Shown in pieces: positions 40,877 through 52,036 of a DNA stretch of 64,000 nucleotides. The stretch lies in the NCBI RefSeq assembly GCF_031769215.1, contig NW_026782359.1:124001-188000 (forward strand), given 5' to 3'. This DNA comes from Ylistrum balloti (lineage: Eukaryota). The notes under the pieces are model-generated. The model saw only the letters and a program-made list of their open reading frames with translations, was not told where the DNA came from and searched no databases. The position numbers were made by a program, and so were the translations under genes. Numbering within the stretch: position 1 is the stretch's first letter; the number at the start of each line of letters is the position of its first letter.

Positions 40877-42737
40877 TTGTACAAAAGTAAAACATGAACA
40901 TGTACCCGTCACTGAGCTAACATCATGAATGTAGCATGTATTCCCATCTTATTAGACGTCCCTGTGTAAATAAAATTTGTGAACACATTTTGTATATCTA
41001 CAGCATAGATTATACAACAATATACATAATACAAAAGTTTAAATCGATTGATTTGTTATCTGAACACAATAGAATGTACAACACTGGAGCCAATAGGCAA
41101 AACATCTCCGAGGGTGGCACCAAATATTTCATTTATGGCAAAAATGTTGACTTTGTGTCATGGTAAAAGATCAGATCTAAATGCTCTGATAAACAGAATG
41201 AACAATTAACAATACTGTTTTGGCGTCTTTTCCTTAAACTGTATGGTCTTCACTTTCCTAAACAGCGTAAACTATAAAAACACATATTTACATAATGATT
41301 ATTGCTCCGATATAAGTAAATTTACAGTGTATAATTTCACAAAAAGCCAAGAATAACTTCCACTGCAAGTACAAAAAAAACAAATAATGAAAAAACACAA
41401 ACTGCAAATAAGGTACATGCTTAAAAAAGTTCATTACATATCCATATTGTACATATGTTGTAACATGTTTCTAAACCCAGAATATGAAATTAAATGCTCT
41501 GTAAAATTGGTCATTAATAACTGTGTGTGTACACTAAAGGTACATTGTAGAAACATACACATTTTGGCTAACTTAAAAAAATGAAGTCTGTATTCATGGA
41601 ATTTCGTGCAAGTGATGACAATTGAAACCAAGATTACCATGTATCGACTGTTGTCATACATATATGCTCAATTTAGAATGGATTGAACAAATATCAATAA
41701 GGAAATGTAAATAACATCCATCAACATAAAAAAAGTAGACTTGGAACACTTTTTGGTGTGAAAATCAATGAGCACATTCAACAAAATTATGTGCCAATAA
41801 AATGAATGTTTATTTTAAACATAATGACAGGTACTGAGCACATTCTTAAATCCATCATCGCAGTTTGGCTAATATAACACCTATGGCACAAAAAATATAC
41901 AACTTGAAAACAATACATTTATATTGAGACATTCTAAATAAATGATTACCAAATAAACATATGTATAATGCCGTCCGTCAAACGACTCTCATCGGTCAAG
42001 TATTTACACCAAAATATGTGTCATCAATTTGCTCCCCTTAAATAAATGATTTGTAGAATTTTCAATACTAGATATAAAAAAGTGTAAAAAGAATATCAAA
42101 AATATTGATGTGGTCATGAATATCAAAATAATGATGACGTAAGCAGACTGGATACTTGTTAAAATCAGTCACCTGCCTTTCAGACAATAAAGTTGCAAGT
42201 ATTAGGTGCCTGTTTGTATTATTCAATGCACGGACGACTGGAAAAGTTGAAGGGTTTGAAGATATTCATTAATTATAAAAGTGTAACATTAGACTGTAGA
42301 ACTTTCGTCATTTTTTCTTTCATGAAAAACCGAGAATGGTAACACTAAATTGGAGGTGAAGAAGATGTGGACAATTATCTATGAAATACACAAAGTTTGC
42401 CACATTTATATCAGTCACTGACATTTGGTATTAATAAACCCAAACAGAGCAAACTCTGCTTTAAAATGTGATATAAAAATTGTTTGTCCCTCAATTTGAT
42501 GGATAGAGTCATTTTATATAAAATAAAGAATATTTCATTATCTTGTAGAAATGATGCCTTAAATGAAATGAAGCTCTATGTATAAAGTTCATGTAGTTTT
42601 CAAGCACAAATTGATATCTTCATTCAATTACTAGTTTATGTACACTTTCTACAGTTAGACTTCGTTAAAACACAATCTTGAATGATATCTCATACAGTAT
42701 GTCTAAATATATATTTACACTAAGTTGAAATGTCTTT

Positions 42738-45700
42738 CTATGTAGCTGCATTGATCTGAATATCCTGTTCGAGTTCTGCACCTTGGACATGACTTTTTAA
42801 GTGTTTATTAAGAGCCTGCTTGTCTTCTAGAGATTCTCCACACACGAAACACTTGAAGGTCGTCTCTGCGATATGAAGAAGTTTATGACGCTGTAGACTG
42901 CTGAGAAATGTGAAACTTTTCTTACAAATTTCACATCCATACGGCTTTTCCCCCGTGTGGATACGCCGGTGATTGGTCAGAGTTGACTTGTGATTGAAGG
43001 CCTTAGGACAAAGGTCACACTTGAAAGGCCGGGCGTCAGAATGGACTTTCATGTGAGATTTGAGATCCTGTTTTTTCAAAAATACTTTCTCACAAACAGA
43101 ACAGATCAGAGGCATAGCAGGGCTTGAGGACTTCCGCCGTTTTGCTTTAATTGGATTTCCAGTGATAGCATCAGTGTTTAACTTGTATGTATCGTCTATC
43201 AGTGGTTTAATTGGGTATGAAGTGTTTCCATTTAATTGCTGGTACATTCCGTTTTTCACACTGAACACATTCTCTTGTCCTACTGAGCTCCCAATTGAGA
43301 GATCACAAATTTCACTTGTGCTTTCATCACCATCATATTCATACGTCAAATCATTTGAATCAAAATAATTGTCATTTCCCTTCTGTGTTTCGTTATTTGC
43401 ATCTACCTTCATCGATGTATTTATTTCATTTCCATCCCCAGAAAATTCATGAGGAGTCTCACCTGCCCTGACACAAACCTCACTTAAGTTAGAATTTTCT
43501 ACAGTAGAAGAAGAATCTGCATTAAGCTTTGAGTCACCATCTTGAATTTCAGCTGAATTTGCAAAATCTCTATGAAGTCCGTGTTTTTGAAGAACATGAT
43601 GATATAAAGAGTTCTTATCGGGAAATGTGGCTTCACACCTTGGATACCGACAGCTACAGCTGCTATCAGTGTGGGTGGATGCATGTCTATTAAGACTGTT
43701 AATATGACTAAAACGTCTTTTACAAATGTCACACTGGTAGGGCTGCTCCCCTGTGTGCGTCCTGAGGTGTTTCTTCATGTTGAAACTGTAGCTAAATGAT
43801 TTCTCACAGATTTCACACTTGAATGGCTTCTCGCCAGTATGCACACGCATGTGAGACTTGAGGTAGTACTTTTTCTTGAAGGATTTTCCACATTCCAGAC
43901 AAACATGGATGTCCGGTTCTTGTGCCTGCTCACTTTTCCGTACATCCCTTGTATGATCATCAACAGCTTCTCTGTATACCTGAGTTTTTGTTGGGTGTAG
44001 GATATTCTCATGAACTGATGCTTTAACATTTTCATTTTCTTGCATTTTTTTCAATAGCTGAAGTTGTTGTGCCTCAAGGTAGGAGTTCATGAGATAAGCA
44101 GACATCATCATACTTGGATCCATTGCAGGCATATTTCGTAGTGGAAATGCCGGGAACCCTAGTCCTCTTGGTAATTGCCAAGGCATAAACATACTTGTTG
44201 TATCTATATTTCCAGCAGCTTCAGCTTGCTTTGGTTCTTCACCATCCTCAAAGGACTGAGAGGTCGTATCCTCCTGTGTGTTGTTCAAAGAATTATCAGC
44301 ATTGTCATAGAAATCATCACTTTCGTTTAAAATATCTTTGTCTCCCCCCTCCTGCATTTGTTGACTTTCACACGCATTTTCATTGCAAGGCTTAATTGGG
44401 GACTGATCACTGAAATCCGAACATAAAACAGGCGTCCCTGAATTGTCTGTACTTCTTTGTTTTGTCACATGTAATTCTTTTGTGAGTTTAGAGATACTTT
44501 TGGGTGGTGAAACACTGTATAGTGGTGCCATCAATTTGCCATCCTGCAGTGAAGTAACATTTTCTTCCAAATCCTCTTGGCTAAATTCACTATCAAAAAT
44601 GCCATGTGATTTAGACATGTGTATCTGTAAAGCAAAGTTGTGAGCAAAGAACTTGTCACAAAGTTTGCACGGGAAAGGTGACTGTCCGACATGAAGGTAC
44701 ATGTGCCTATTTAAACTGTTCTTCTGGGCAAACTTTCGCTGGCAATGAGGACATTCATATGGTCGCTCACCAGTATGGATTCGCACATGTTTTGTCAAGT
44801 TAAAACTGTGAGTAAATCCTCGTCTACATATTGGACATTTGAATGGTTTATCCCCAAAATGCACCCGCATGTGGGATTCCAGGTAGTATTTTATGGGAAA
44901 AGATTTGTTACATTGTCCACAAATGAATGGTTTTCCTTCTTTGTGTTCTTTGATATGGTCTTGCTGTTCAGTCTTTAACTCAAATGATTTGGGACAAATG
45001 CTGCATTTGTAGACTTTGTCCATGTGGGTTTCAATGTGTGATTTAAACTGGTCTTTATCAGCGAACATCCTGTAACAAAACTCACAAAAATCTGTCTTGT
45101 CTTTAAAGTGAATAAGCAGATGTTTGTTAAGGGCCAATGTTGATGTAAATGTGCTCTCACAATAAGGACACTTGTTAAATTCCATAACATCTTCCATTTC
45201 ATCCTGACTGTGTGAAGTATGTGAAGAATTTTCTCCAAAATGCTGGTGAACCATGTCTATTGATGAAGGGGACAAACGATACTGATGATATTGTTTTGAA
45301 TGATAGAGCAGGTCTAATCGATCATCAAATGTCATTGGACATTTTTTGCATTTGTGTGTTCTATCTTGAGGTTCCTGATTCCAACTCATATCTATTGGAC
45401 TGTCTTGGCTTTCCATTTCCTTCAGCTCATATTTTTGCTTAGAGCTATCTGCTGGTGTTTTGTCTAGAGCCTGCACATTCTTGTTTGTAGACAGATCTAA
45501 AGCACAGTCTGAGTCTTCCAAAACATCTGTTGTGTGATTCAAAGTGGTCCTTTTGTAGTCGTCTTCAACAGACTCCTGTTTAATTTGAAAACTGAGTGGC
45601 ACAGAACAAGTTTTCATACTTAGGTCCAATGCAGTCTCCTCCATAAAGCAGCCATTTCTTTCTTCATCTGACACGTGTCTTAATCCTTCAGGAGATGTAG

Positions 45701-47099
45701 AAACTGGTATATAGTTGCTGAAGGAAGTTGGCTTCAATGACAAGTCCATCCCTTGATCAACATCAGATTCTAAATTAGGCTTCAGATCTGGCGGAATAGT
45801 TTCAATCTGTCCAGCATTGAAATAAGGGACATCAGCCTGATGAAAGTCTTTCCTATGTGATACGTCATTAGATGGAGTCATTCGATTGCTGTATCGATCC
45901 TGGACATCCAATGGCTGTGGTTGAGTTATGTTCCATGAATCGTTTAGATCAGAGTCTACTCCTGGGGTAGAATCTGCTGACTCATCATCACTTTTGAACT
46001 CTTGTTTAAAAACATTACCATGCTTCTTCATATGCCTATTAAGGCTACCCTTCAAAGTGTAACTTCTATGACAAATGTCACATTCAAATGCTGGTGCTTT
46101 GCTTACAGCTGAGGCTTCAAATGCAGAAACATGAGACTGCATGTGTATGAGAAAACCTCTTTTGTCATTAAACTCTCTGTTACATGTTTGACATTTGTTT
46201 TCCCCATCTGTAGTGTGTGTAATCAGGTGATTCCTCAGGCTCTGTTTGTCATAAAAATCCTGATCACAAATTTTGCATTTCTGATGTGAAAATCCTGTAT
46301 GGAGCGTAACGTGACGATTCAAGCTGTTTTTGTGACTGAACTTTTTCCCGCAAAAGTTGCACAAGTATGGCTTCTCTCCTGTGTGTGTCCTGCGGTGCTT
46401 TGTTAAATTGAAACTGAAATGAAAGCCACGATTGCAAATGTCACAAGTAAACTGTTTTTGATCCGAATGTGTCCTTGTGTGATATTTCAAATGTCCTTTT
46501 TCATGAAATCCTTTTCCACACTGATTGCATACATATGGTAGGTTTTTTGGATTTGTGTGTTGGGTTGTCTCAGGCTGATGAGGACTTGAATCTCCATCAT
46601 ACAAAACTTGATTCACTTCTGTTGATGATTTCTGGTTGCGACTGGTTTCCTGATGATGGCCATTTTTCTGATTAACATCATCTTCTTCGCATGCAGGAAA
46701 TGACATCTTACAAAGTATGTTTGACTCATTTTGCAGAGCATGTGATGACAAGCCTACATCCAAATCCTCTTCATCTTCACTAATTATTTCCTCTCCACTA
46801 TCATCCTGATCATCGTGTATGTTCTCTGCAGAAGAGATAGCATCATGTACATCATCTTTGCTATAGTTGATTCTTGTCTTCGGGATGTCACTTTGCTGTT
46901 CTGTATCTAATTCATCAGACCCTATATGTTTGTAAACATCTCCCTGTGTTGGCGAGGAGTCTAAACTGAAGATGTAATCATAAGTGGAAGGGTTTGTCAT
47001 ATTAAATTCACATCGTTTACTTAATGAGAGAGGCTTCTCATCTGTTCCAAGATGTTCAGTTTCTTCATGATGACGTTTCAAAACTTGAGCTTCAGCCAT
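42738..47099 (-). CDS. Large multi-cluster C2H2 zinc-finger transcription factor, about 1453 aa, 22 fingers in 4 clusters plus one isolated finger, single coding exon
   Basis: The 1510-codon ORF extends into the intron. A strong acceptor ttttctttactttcag| lies at 47149 and the first ATG after it is at 47099 (aaaATGGCT, MAEAQ). There are 22 C-x2(4)-C-x12-H-x3(4)-H units, TGEKPY/TGERPY linkers and acidic spacers. No ortholog recognised. Confidence 0.95.
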   Translation of the reverse strand: MAEAQVLKRHHEETEHLGTDEKPLSLSKRCEFNMTNPSTYDYIFSLDSSPTQGDVYKHIGSDELDTEQQSDIPKTRINYSKDDVHDAISSAENIHDDQDDSGEEIISEDEEDLDVGLSSHALQNESNILCKMSFPACEEDDVNQKNGHHQETSRNQKSSTEVNQVLYDGDSSPHQPETTQHTNPKNLPYVCNQCGKGFHEKGHLKYHTRTHSDQKQFTCDICNRGFHFSFNLTKHRRTHTGEKPYLCNFCGKKFSHKNSLNRHVTLHTGFSHQKCKICDQDFYDKQSLRNHLITHTTDGENKCQTCNREFNDKRGFLIHMQSHVSAFEASAVSKAPAFECDICHRSYTLKGSLNRHMKKHGNVFKQEFKSDDESADSTPGVDSDLNDSWNITQPQPLDVQDRYSNRMTPSNDVSHRKDFHQADVPYFNAGQIETIPPDLKPNLESDVDQGMDLSLKPTSFSNYIPVSTSPEGLRHVSDEERNGCFMEETALDLSMKTCSVPLSFQIKQESVEDDYKRTTLNHTTDVLEDSDCALDLSTNKNVQALDKTPADSSKQKYELKEMESQDSPIDMSWNQEPQDRTHKCKKCPMTFDDRLDLLYHSKQYHQYRLSPSSIDMVHQHFGENSSHTSHSQDEMEDVMEFNKCPYCESTFTSTLALNKHLLIHFKDKTDFCEFCYRMFADKDQFKSHIETHMDKVYKCSICPKSFELKTEQQDHIKEHKEGKPFICGQCNKSFPIKYYLESHMRVHFGDKPFKCPICRRGFTHSFNLTKHVRIHTGERPYECPHCQRKFAQKNSLNRHMYLHVGQSPFPCKLCDKFFAHNFALQIHMSKSHGIFDSEFSQEDLEENVTSLQDGKLMAPLYSVSPPKSISKLTKELHVTKQRSTDNSGTPVLCSDFSDQSPIKPCNENACESQQMQEGGDKDILNESDDFYDNADNSLNNTQEDTTSQSFEDGEEPKQAEAAGNIDTTSMFMPWQLPRGLGFPAFPLRNMPAMDPSMMMSAYLMNSYLEAQQLQLLKKMQENENVKASVHENILHPTKTQVYREAVDDHTRDVRKSEQAQEPDIHVCLECGKSFKKKYYLKSHMRVHTGEKPFKCEICEKSFSYSFNMKKHLRTHTGEQPYQCDICKRRFSHINSLNRHASTHTDSSCSCRYPRCEATFPDKNSLYHHVLQKHGLHRDFANSAEIQDGDSKLNADSSSTVENSNLSEVCVRAGETPHEFSGDGNEINTSMKVDANNETQKGNDNYFDSNDLTYEYDGDESTSEICDLSIGSSVGQENVFSVKNGMYQQLNGNTSYPIKPLIDDTYKLNTDAITGNPIKAKRRKSSSPAMPLICSVCEKVFLKKQDLKSHMKVHSDARPFKCDLCPKAFNHKSTLTNHRRIHTGEKPYGCEICKKSFTFLSSLQRHKLLHIAETTFKCFVCGESLEDKQALNKHLKSHVQGAELEQDIQINAAT

Positions 47100-47624
47100 T
47101 TTAACAAAGACATCCAAACCTCCTCTCAATGGACCTAGAGGAAACAACCTGAAAGTAAAGAAAATAAAATTATTTGAATTTTTATGTCTCACCTGTCTTG
47201 CTTTGTAACAATGATAATTCAGAAGCAACCTGTGTAATACATGTCTTATTTTTCTCACCAAAAATATCAAATCTCCTGAAAGACTTCATAAAATATAACC
47301 ACCATAGAGAAATGTTGTTATGTTTAAATATTGGTGGAACATAAACCATATAATGAAAATTTTGGTAAATTCTTCACTCCTCAAAATCCACTCAAATCAA
47401 TTGTATGTGACCCATAATATATTAATCTTCCCCAGAAGTGAAAACTTGTCTGACATTTTACATTGCATTTTTCAGTATTTTACGAGAAACTGATATAAAG
47501 TGAATAGATGAAGCCATGAAGAGTTTGCAGTCCTTCAATTTTTTTTGTCCCAAAAATGCACAACAAAGAAAAATAATTTATGCACTCTTGTTGGTAGGTT
47601 CAGATGTCTATTCTACAAGGTAAC

Positions 47625-48330
47625 TACAAAGGCTGATTGATAAGTTGTGAGGCTTGTATTGAAGAAGTTAAGCAGGGATGTCCTTTTTCTACTCTACTAT
47701 TCCCGGACTATTAAAGGCTGTGAGCTTGAAGGCTGGTGTCATTTGGTCAGTTTATGTCAAAGAGGTAGCACTCTAAGTTAACAAGGCAAGTGACTTTTGC
47801 ACAATGGAAAAAATTGCTGACAGAGCAGTGATTCAATATCTGCATAAGAAAGGTCTAGCATGTAATAATATCCATACTGATATGGTACCAACACTAGGGA
47901 ATGATGTCCCTTCATATACTACAGTGAAAAGGTGGGTGGCGGAATTTAAGCATGGCAGACAGAGCCTTGGAGATGACGCCTGTACTGGAAGGTTGTCACT
48001 GTTGCAACCCCAGAAATGGTCAATAAATTCCATTCCTATGGCTGACAAGCGAGTTACCGAGAGAGATATATAGCTAGTACAGTTGAGATTTCACAGGAAA
48101 GAGTACATTCCATTCTTTCAGAAGATCTTGTAATGAGAAAGACTTCTGACTGTTGATCAGAAGCACACCAGGTGGACTTTGTTGCAGGCTAATCTGAACC
48201 ATTTAGAGGCAGATCCTGCTAACTGTCTAGAGAGGTATGCGAATATGGATGGAACATGGGTCCATCATTTTACCTTTGAGGCCAAACAACAGTCTTAACA
48301 ATGGAAGCACCCTTGTTCACCTCTGCCTAC
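47625..48330 (+). mobile_element. Mariner (Tc1/mariner) transposase relic, 5' half, in the ZnF gene intron, antisense to the gene
   Basis: TA plus TIR-like caaaggctgattgataagt at 47625. ATG at 47804 gives RAVIQYLHKKG...PSYTTVKRWVAEFKHGRQSL.DD...GR (HTH). After frameshifts it reads TVATPEMV...VHSIL.EDL.MRK...LTVDQK...MDGTWVHHF...KQQS*QWKHP.SP.P, then is truncated. Confidence 0.9.
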
Positions 48331-48954
48331 AATGTTGATCTAATTACAGACCAAGTTTGGTTAAAGTTGGGCTTACTACTATACTTCCTTAGCAATAGAT
48401 CTGAAGGCAAAACTTCAAAATGTTAAATGTTGTTACAAAAAAATACCACCACATTTTTATTTACATGTAACATCTAATGAGTCTATTACCACTGAACTTT
48501 AAAGTAAAACAGCTGAGATTGTGTATATCAAGCTTACAAGCAGAGGCACACACTCGATCCAATCATTCAAACTTCATTTCTAAAATATGTTACAACAGTT
48601 ACTTGTGAGGTCATCAATAATTTCTACATAATCTCTCTCCAACTCAGAAATCTTGAGAATATATCAAGACAATGATTTTTGTCCTGCATTCCTGACTGGA
48701 GTGATATAAAGGGATTAAAGAATCTCTTTCTTTTTCAGGGCAGTAGTCTATTAAAAATATTTATTCATCAATAATCTTCCTTAAGCAAATAATTGATAAT
48801 CATCTTCATTCCTGAAAATAACCACTGACCCATCTAAAATGAGTTTGTTATATTTTTATTTTTGTAAACCATATTTTTAAGTTCTATAATTTAAAATTTT
48901 TGGTATATAATTTTCAAAGGATTTCTTTTAGACAAGTCCATAACACTAGTTTAT

Positions 48955-50075
48955 AACAAGAGGCCCATGGGCCTTAACGGTCATCTGACAAAAAGCAAGC
49001 CAAACACTAACAACAGTGAGTCTGCCGTTAAAACAGTAGGCTTTATTCATTTAGATAAACTTGGTAGCCCATCCTCCCAGCATCCTACAGGCCTAATATC
49101 AGCACTCTGAGCCGTTTGGTTACTGAGAAGAAGTCGTGATCTTGAAAGTGGGTCAAGGTCATTCACTTGAATACATTTGGTAACTCTTCCTCAAAGCATC
49201 CTACAGGCCCAATATCAGCACTCTAATCATTTTGGTTATTGAGAAGTAATTTGCATATTTTAACATATTTAACCCCTGTGACCTTGAAAGTGGGTCAAAG
49301 TCATTCATTTGAACAAATTTGGTAGCATGTCATCCCAACATCCTACAGGCCCAATATCAGCACTCTAATCATTTTGGTTATTGAAAAGTCATTTGCATAT
49401 TTTAACATATTTAACCCCTGTGACCTTGAAAGTGGGTCGAGGTCATTCATTTGAACAAACTTGGTAGCCCTTCCTCCAAACATCCTACAGGCCCAATATC
49501 AGTACTCTTGGACTTTTGCTTATTGAGAAGAAGTTGTTTGTATATTTTAACATATTTGACCCCTGTGACCTTGAAAGTGGGTCAAGGTAATTCATTAGAA
49601 CACACTTGGTAGCCCTTCATCCCAGCATCCTACAGATCCAATATCAGCATTCTGAGCCTTTTGGTTGTTGAGAAGAATTTGTTCAAAAATTTCAACATAT
49701 TTGACCTCTGTGACCTTGAAAGTGGGTCGAGGTCATTCATTTGAACAAACTTGGTAGCCTTTCCTCTAAGCATCCTACAGGCCCAATATCAGCACTCATG
49801 GACTTTTGCTTATTGAGTAGAAGTCGTTTGTATATTTTAACATATTTGACCCATGTGACCTTGAAAGTGGGTCAAGGTCATTCATTTGAACAAACTTTGT
49901 AGGGCTCTATGCCAGCATGCTATGGGCCAAGTATTAGCCCCCTAGGCCTTCTAGTATTTGAGAAGAAGTTTTTTGAATGAAAAGTTTATGGACGACGAAA
50001 GGTGGACGGCGGACGACAACAGACGAAGCATGATGGCTATAGGTCATCTCGACCATTCAGGTCAGATGACCTAAA
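48955..50075 (-). mobile_element. Structurally complete non-autonomous Helentron-type element (HINE; DINE-1/pearl-like) carrying about 6 core repeats of 142-145 bp
   Basis: Subterminal inverted repeats ggtcatctgac (48979-48989) and gtcagatgacc (50061-50071); nested IR aggtcatct/agatgacct (50041-50072); perfect palindrome ggcccatgggcc (48962-48973) next to the terminal aacaag; (gtc/gtcc)-type microsatellite near 49990-50015; repeat landmarks cttgaaagtggg at 49141, 49283, 49425, 49570, 49715 and 49860; A/T-rich insertion site. Confidence 0.88.
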
Positions 50076-51960
50076 CATTTTGATGAGTCCTGATAGAGTG
50101 TGTCCTCAAAATTTGAGCAAGTCTTTTGGGGAAAACATATGTGAAGGACTCGAATATGTGAGTCTCAAAAATCACTGATACTATATTTAATATTTCTCCT
50201 CACTGACACAGTAGTGGATTCCAAGACACAAAAAATGGCCATTCATGTCTGGCACTGTTACCCCATGTCACTTTCTGGTGTGGGGGGGATTACCTTAAAA
50301 TGTCTGAATCTTCTCATTAAAACATTTTTCAAAAACTATTTTTTCACAAACTATTTTTAGAAAATTTCACTTTCAGAAATAAAAAAACCCAGATTATCTG
50401 ATTTTTTCAATAATTAATCTATCTATTAATTAAATTATCACCTCATTCTTGCCCCACTAATTCATTTATTATCTCTCTTAACCTTTTAATTCTCATAAAT
50501 TTCATGTAATCATTTATAGCTGGTAGTGAAGTTTTTAATTTTTACTTCAAATTTGAAGTAGGAAAGGCCAATTTACATCATTTTTTTTTCCTTGTTCTTT
50601 CTGCTTTTTTCTTAAATTAGAGTTATGCCATTTAATAACTTTAATTTCTTATATTATAGATATCACATACTTAACAGGATTGTCCTCATATACACACTAC
50701 AGAAACTTTTGAGATCTCATACACGCTCAGCAAAGCAAAAGGACTAAGCACTATATTTAAAAGAAGCAGAGATGTCTGATAGTGTCAGATGGATCTGAGT
50801 ATGTTTAACACCTGGGGCACAAAACAACACCTGGAATATACCCCTATTTCATCATTAACATATCAGTTAACAATAATTATAAACATACTTTTTAAACATT
50901 AAACAGGAAATTCTAATATTCTTCTTTATCATACACACAATCATATATTTTTTATTATACATTTTTACAATTTTTTTTATAATTTTTTTTTTATGTAGTG
51001 GGATTTATCCACCAATGATAGAGCATCTGGCATCCATGTTTATGCCCACATCGCCATCTCCACTAACCCTAAGGTCAGGTGGAATGTCTATAGCATTAAC
51101 ATTTATTATCATGTTTGAAAACTGTTCAATCGCGCGTACTCACCACTGTATAAAATGATGTGGGCTGGTTCAATATATAAATAGTTTCAACATTCTACTG
51201 TATATTGTTTGTTTGGGATGTTGATCAGCACAGAGTAAATTACTATGTTATATGAATGAAAACTTTGATTATCAGTGAACAATGACTCTCTTTCTTTTAT
51301 ATTTCAATTTATGAAGTTCATCAGTACAGTAGATTTTAACTTTTCGCATATCTGTTCAATGATAATTAGATCAATTTGAGGAATGTTATATTACAGGCTG
51401 TTAAAAAAGTTTAGAGGAACCAAATGATACTTTCTGATTTATAGTTCTAATTCAATGAAAGAGATTAAAATAAAAAAATATGAAGTTTAGACAGAAACAC
51501 AAGAATTAAAATGTCTTTAAAGTTCAATATGATACCAATATTGATTTTGTGGGAAAATATTACAATGTCATAATTTGACCATCACAATGACATTATGATA
51601 ATGAATTATAATCTGACTGAGAGTCATCCCTAACTTTCAGAGAAACAGAGTAGTATACTTGAACTGGCAATACAGTGTCAATGTCTTATTTGAAATTTGA
51701 ATGCATACATATCTATTTGACCTGAAATGTCAATGCATCATTTCAATTATGTGTATTTATTTTCCTCAACATGAAAAATTGGAATAAGCAATTTTGCACT
51801 AATTATATAATGTACTTCTTCAATGACTGTCACAGTTTGAACATTATGTCATCTTAATATTGTAAAGAGACAAGGAATAAATTATAAAGAATTATGTAAC
51901 ATAATGTATAAAAAAAACCCACATGAATATATGTAAACTGTACAGATGGTTGAAACTTAC

Positions 51961-52036
51961 CTTTATATGACTTCCTCATGTCCCAATGCAGTATATATAT
52001 ACCTTCACAGAATGTCTTCAGAAGTCAAAGCTTAAC
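51961..52036 (-). other. Candidate internal 5' UTR exon of the large ZnF gene
   Basis: Acceptor tacttgtag| and strong donor AAG|GTAAGT. All three frames contain early stops, so it would be non-coding apart from a short uORF start. Confidence 0.45.

Noticed and set aside
43060-46675. Small ORFs overlapping the ZnF gene on either strand
   Set aside because: Shadow frames of the long coding exon.
47100-47270. N-terminal 57 aa of the 1510-aa ORF
   Set aside because: Starts at a non-ATG codon and crosses a strong splice acceptor at 47149; treated as intron plus 5' UTR.
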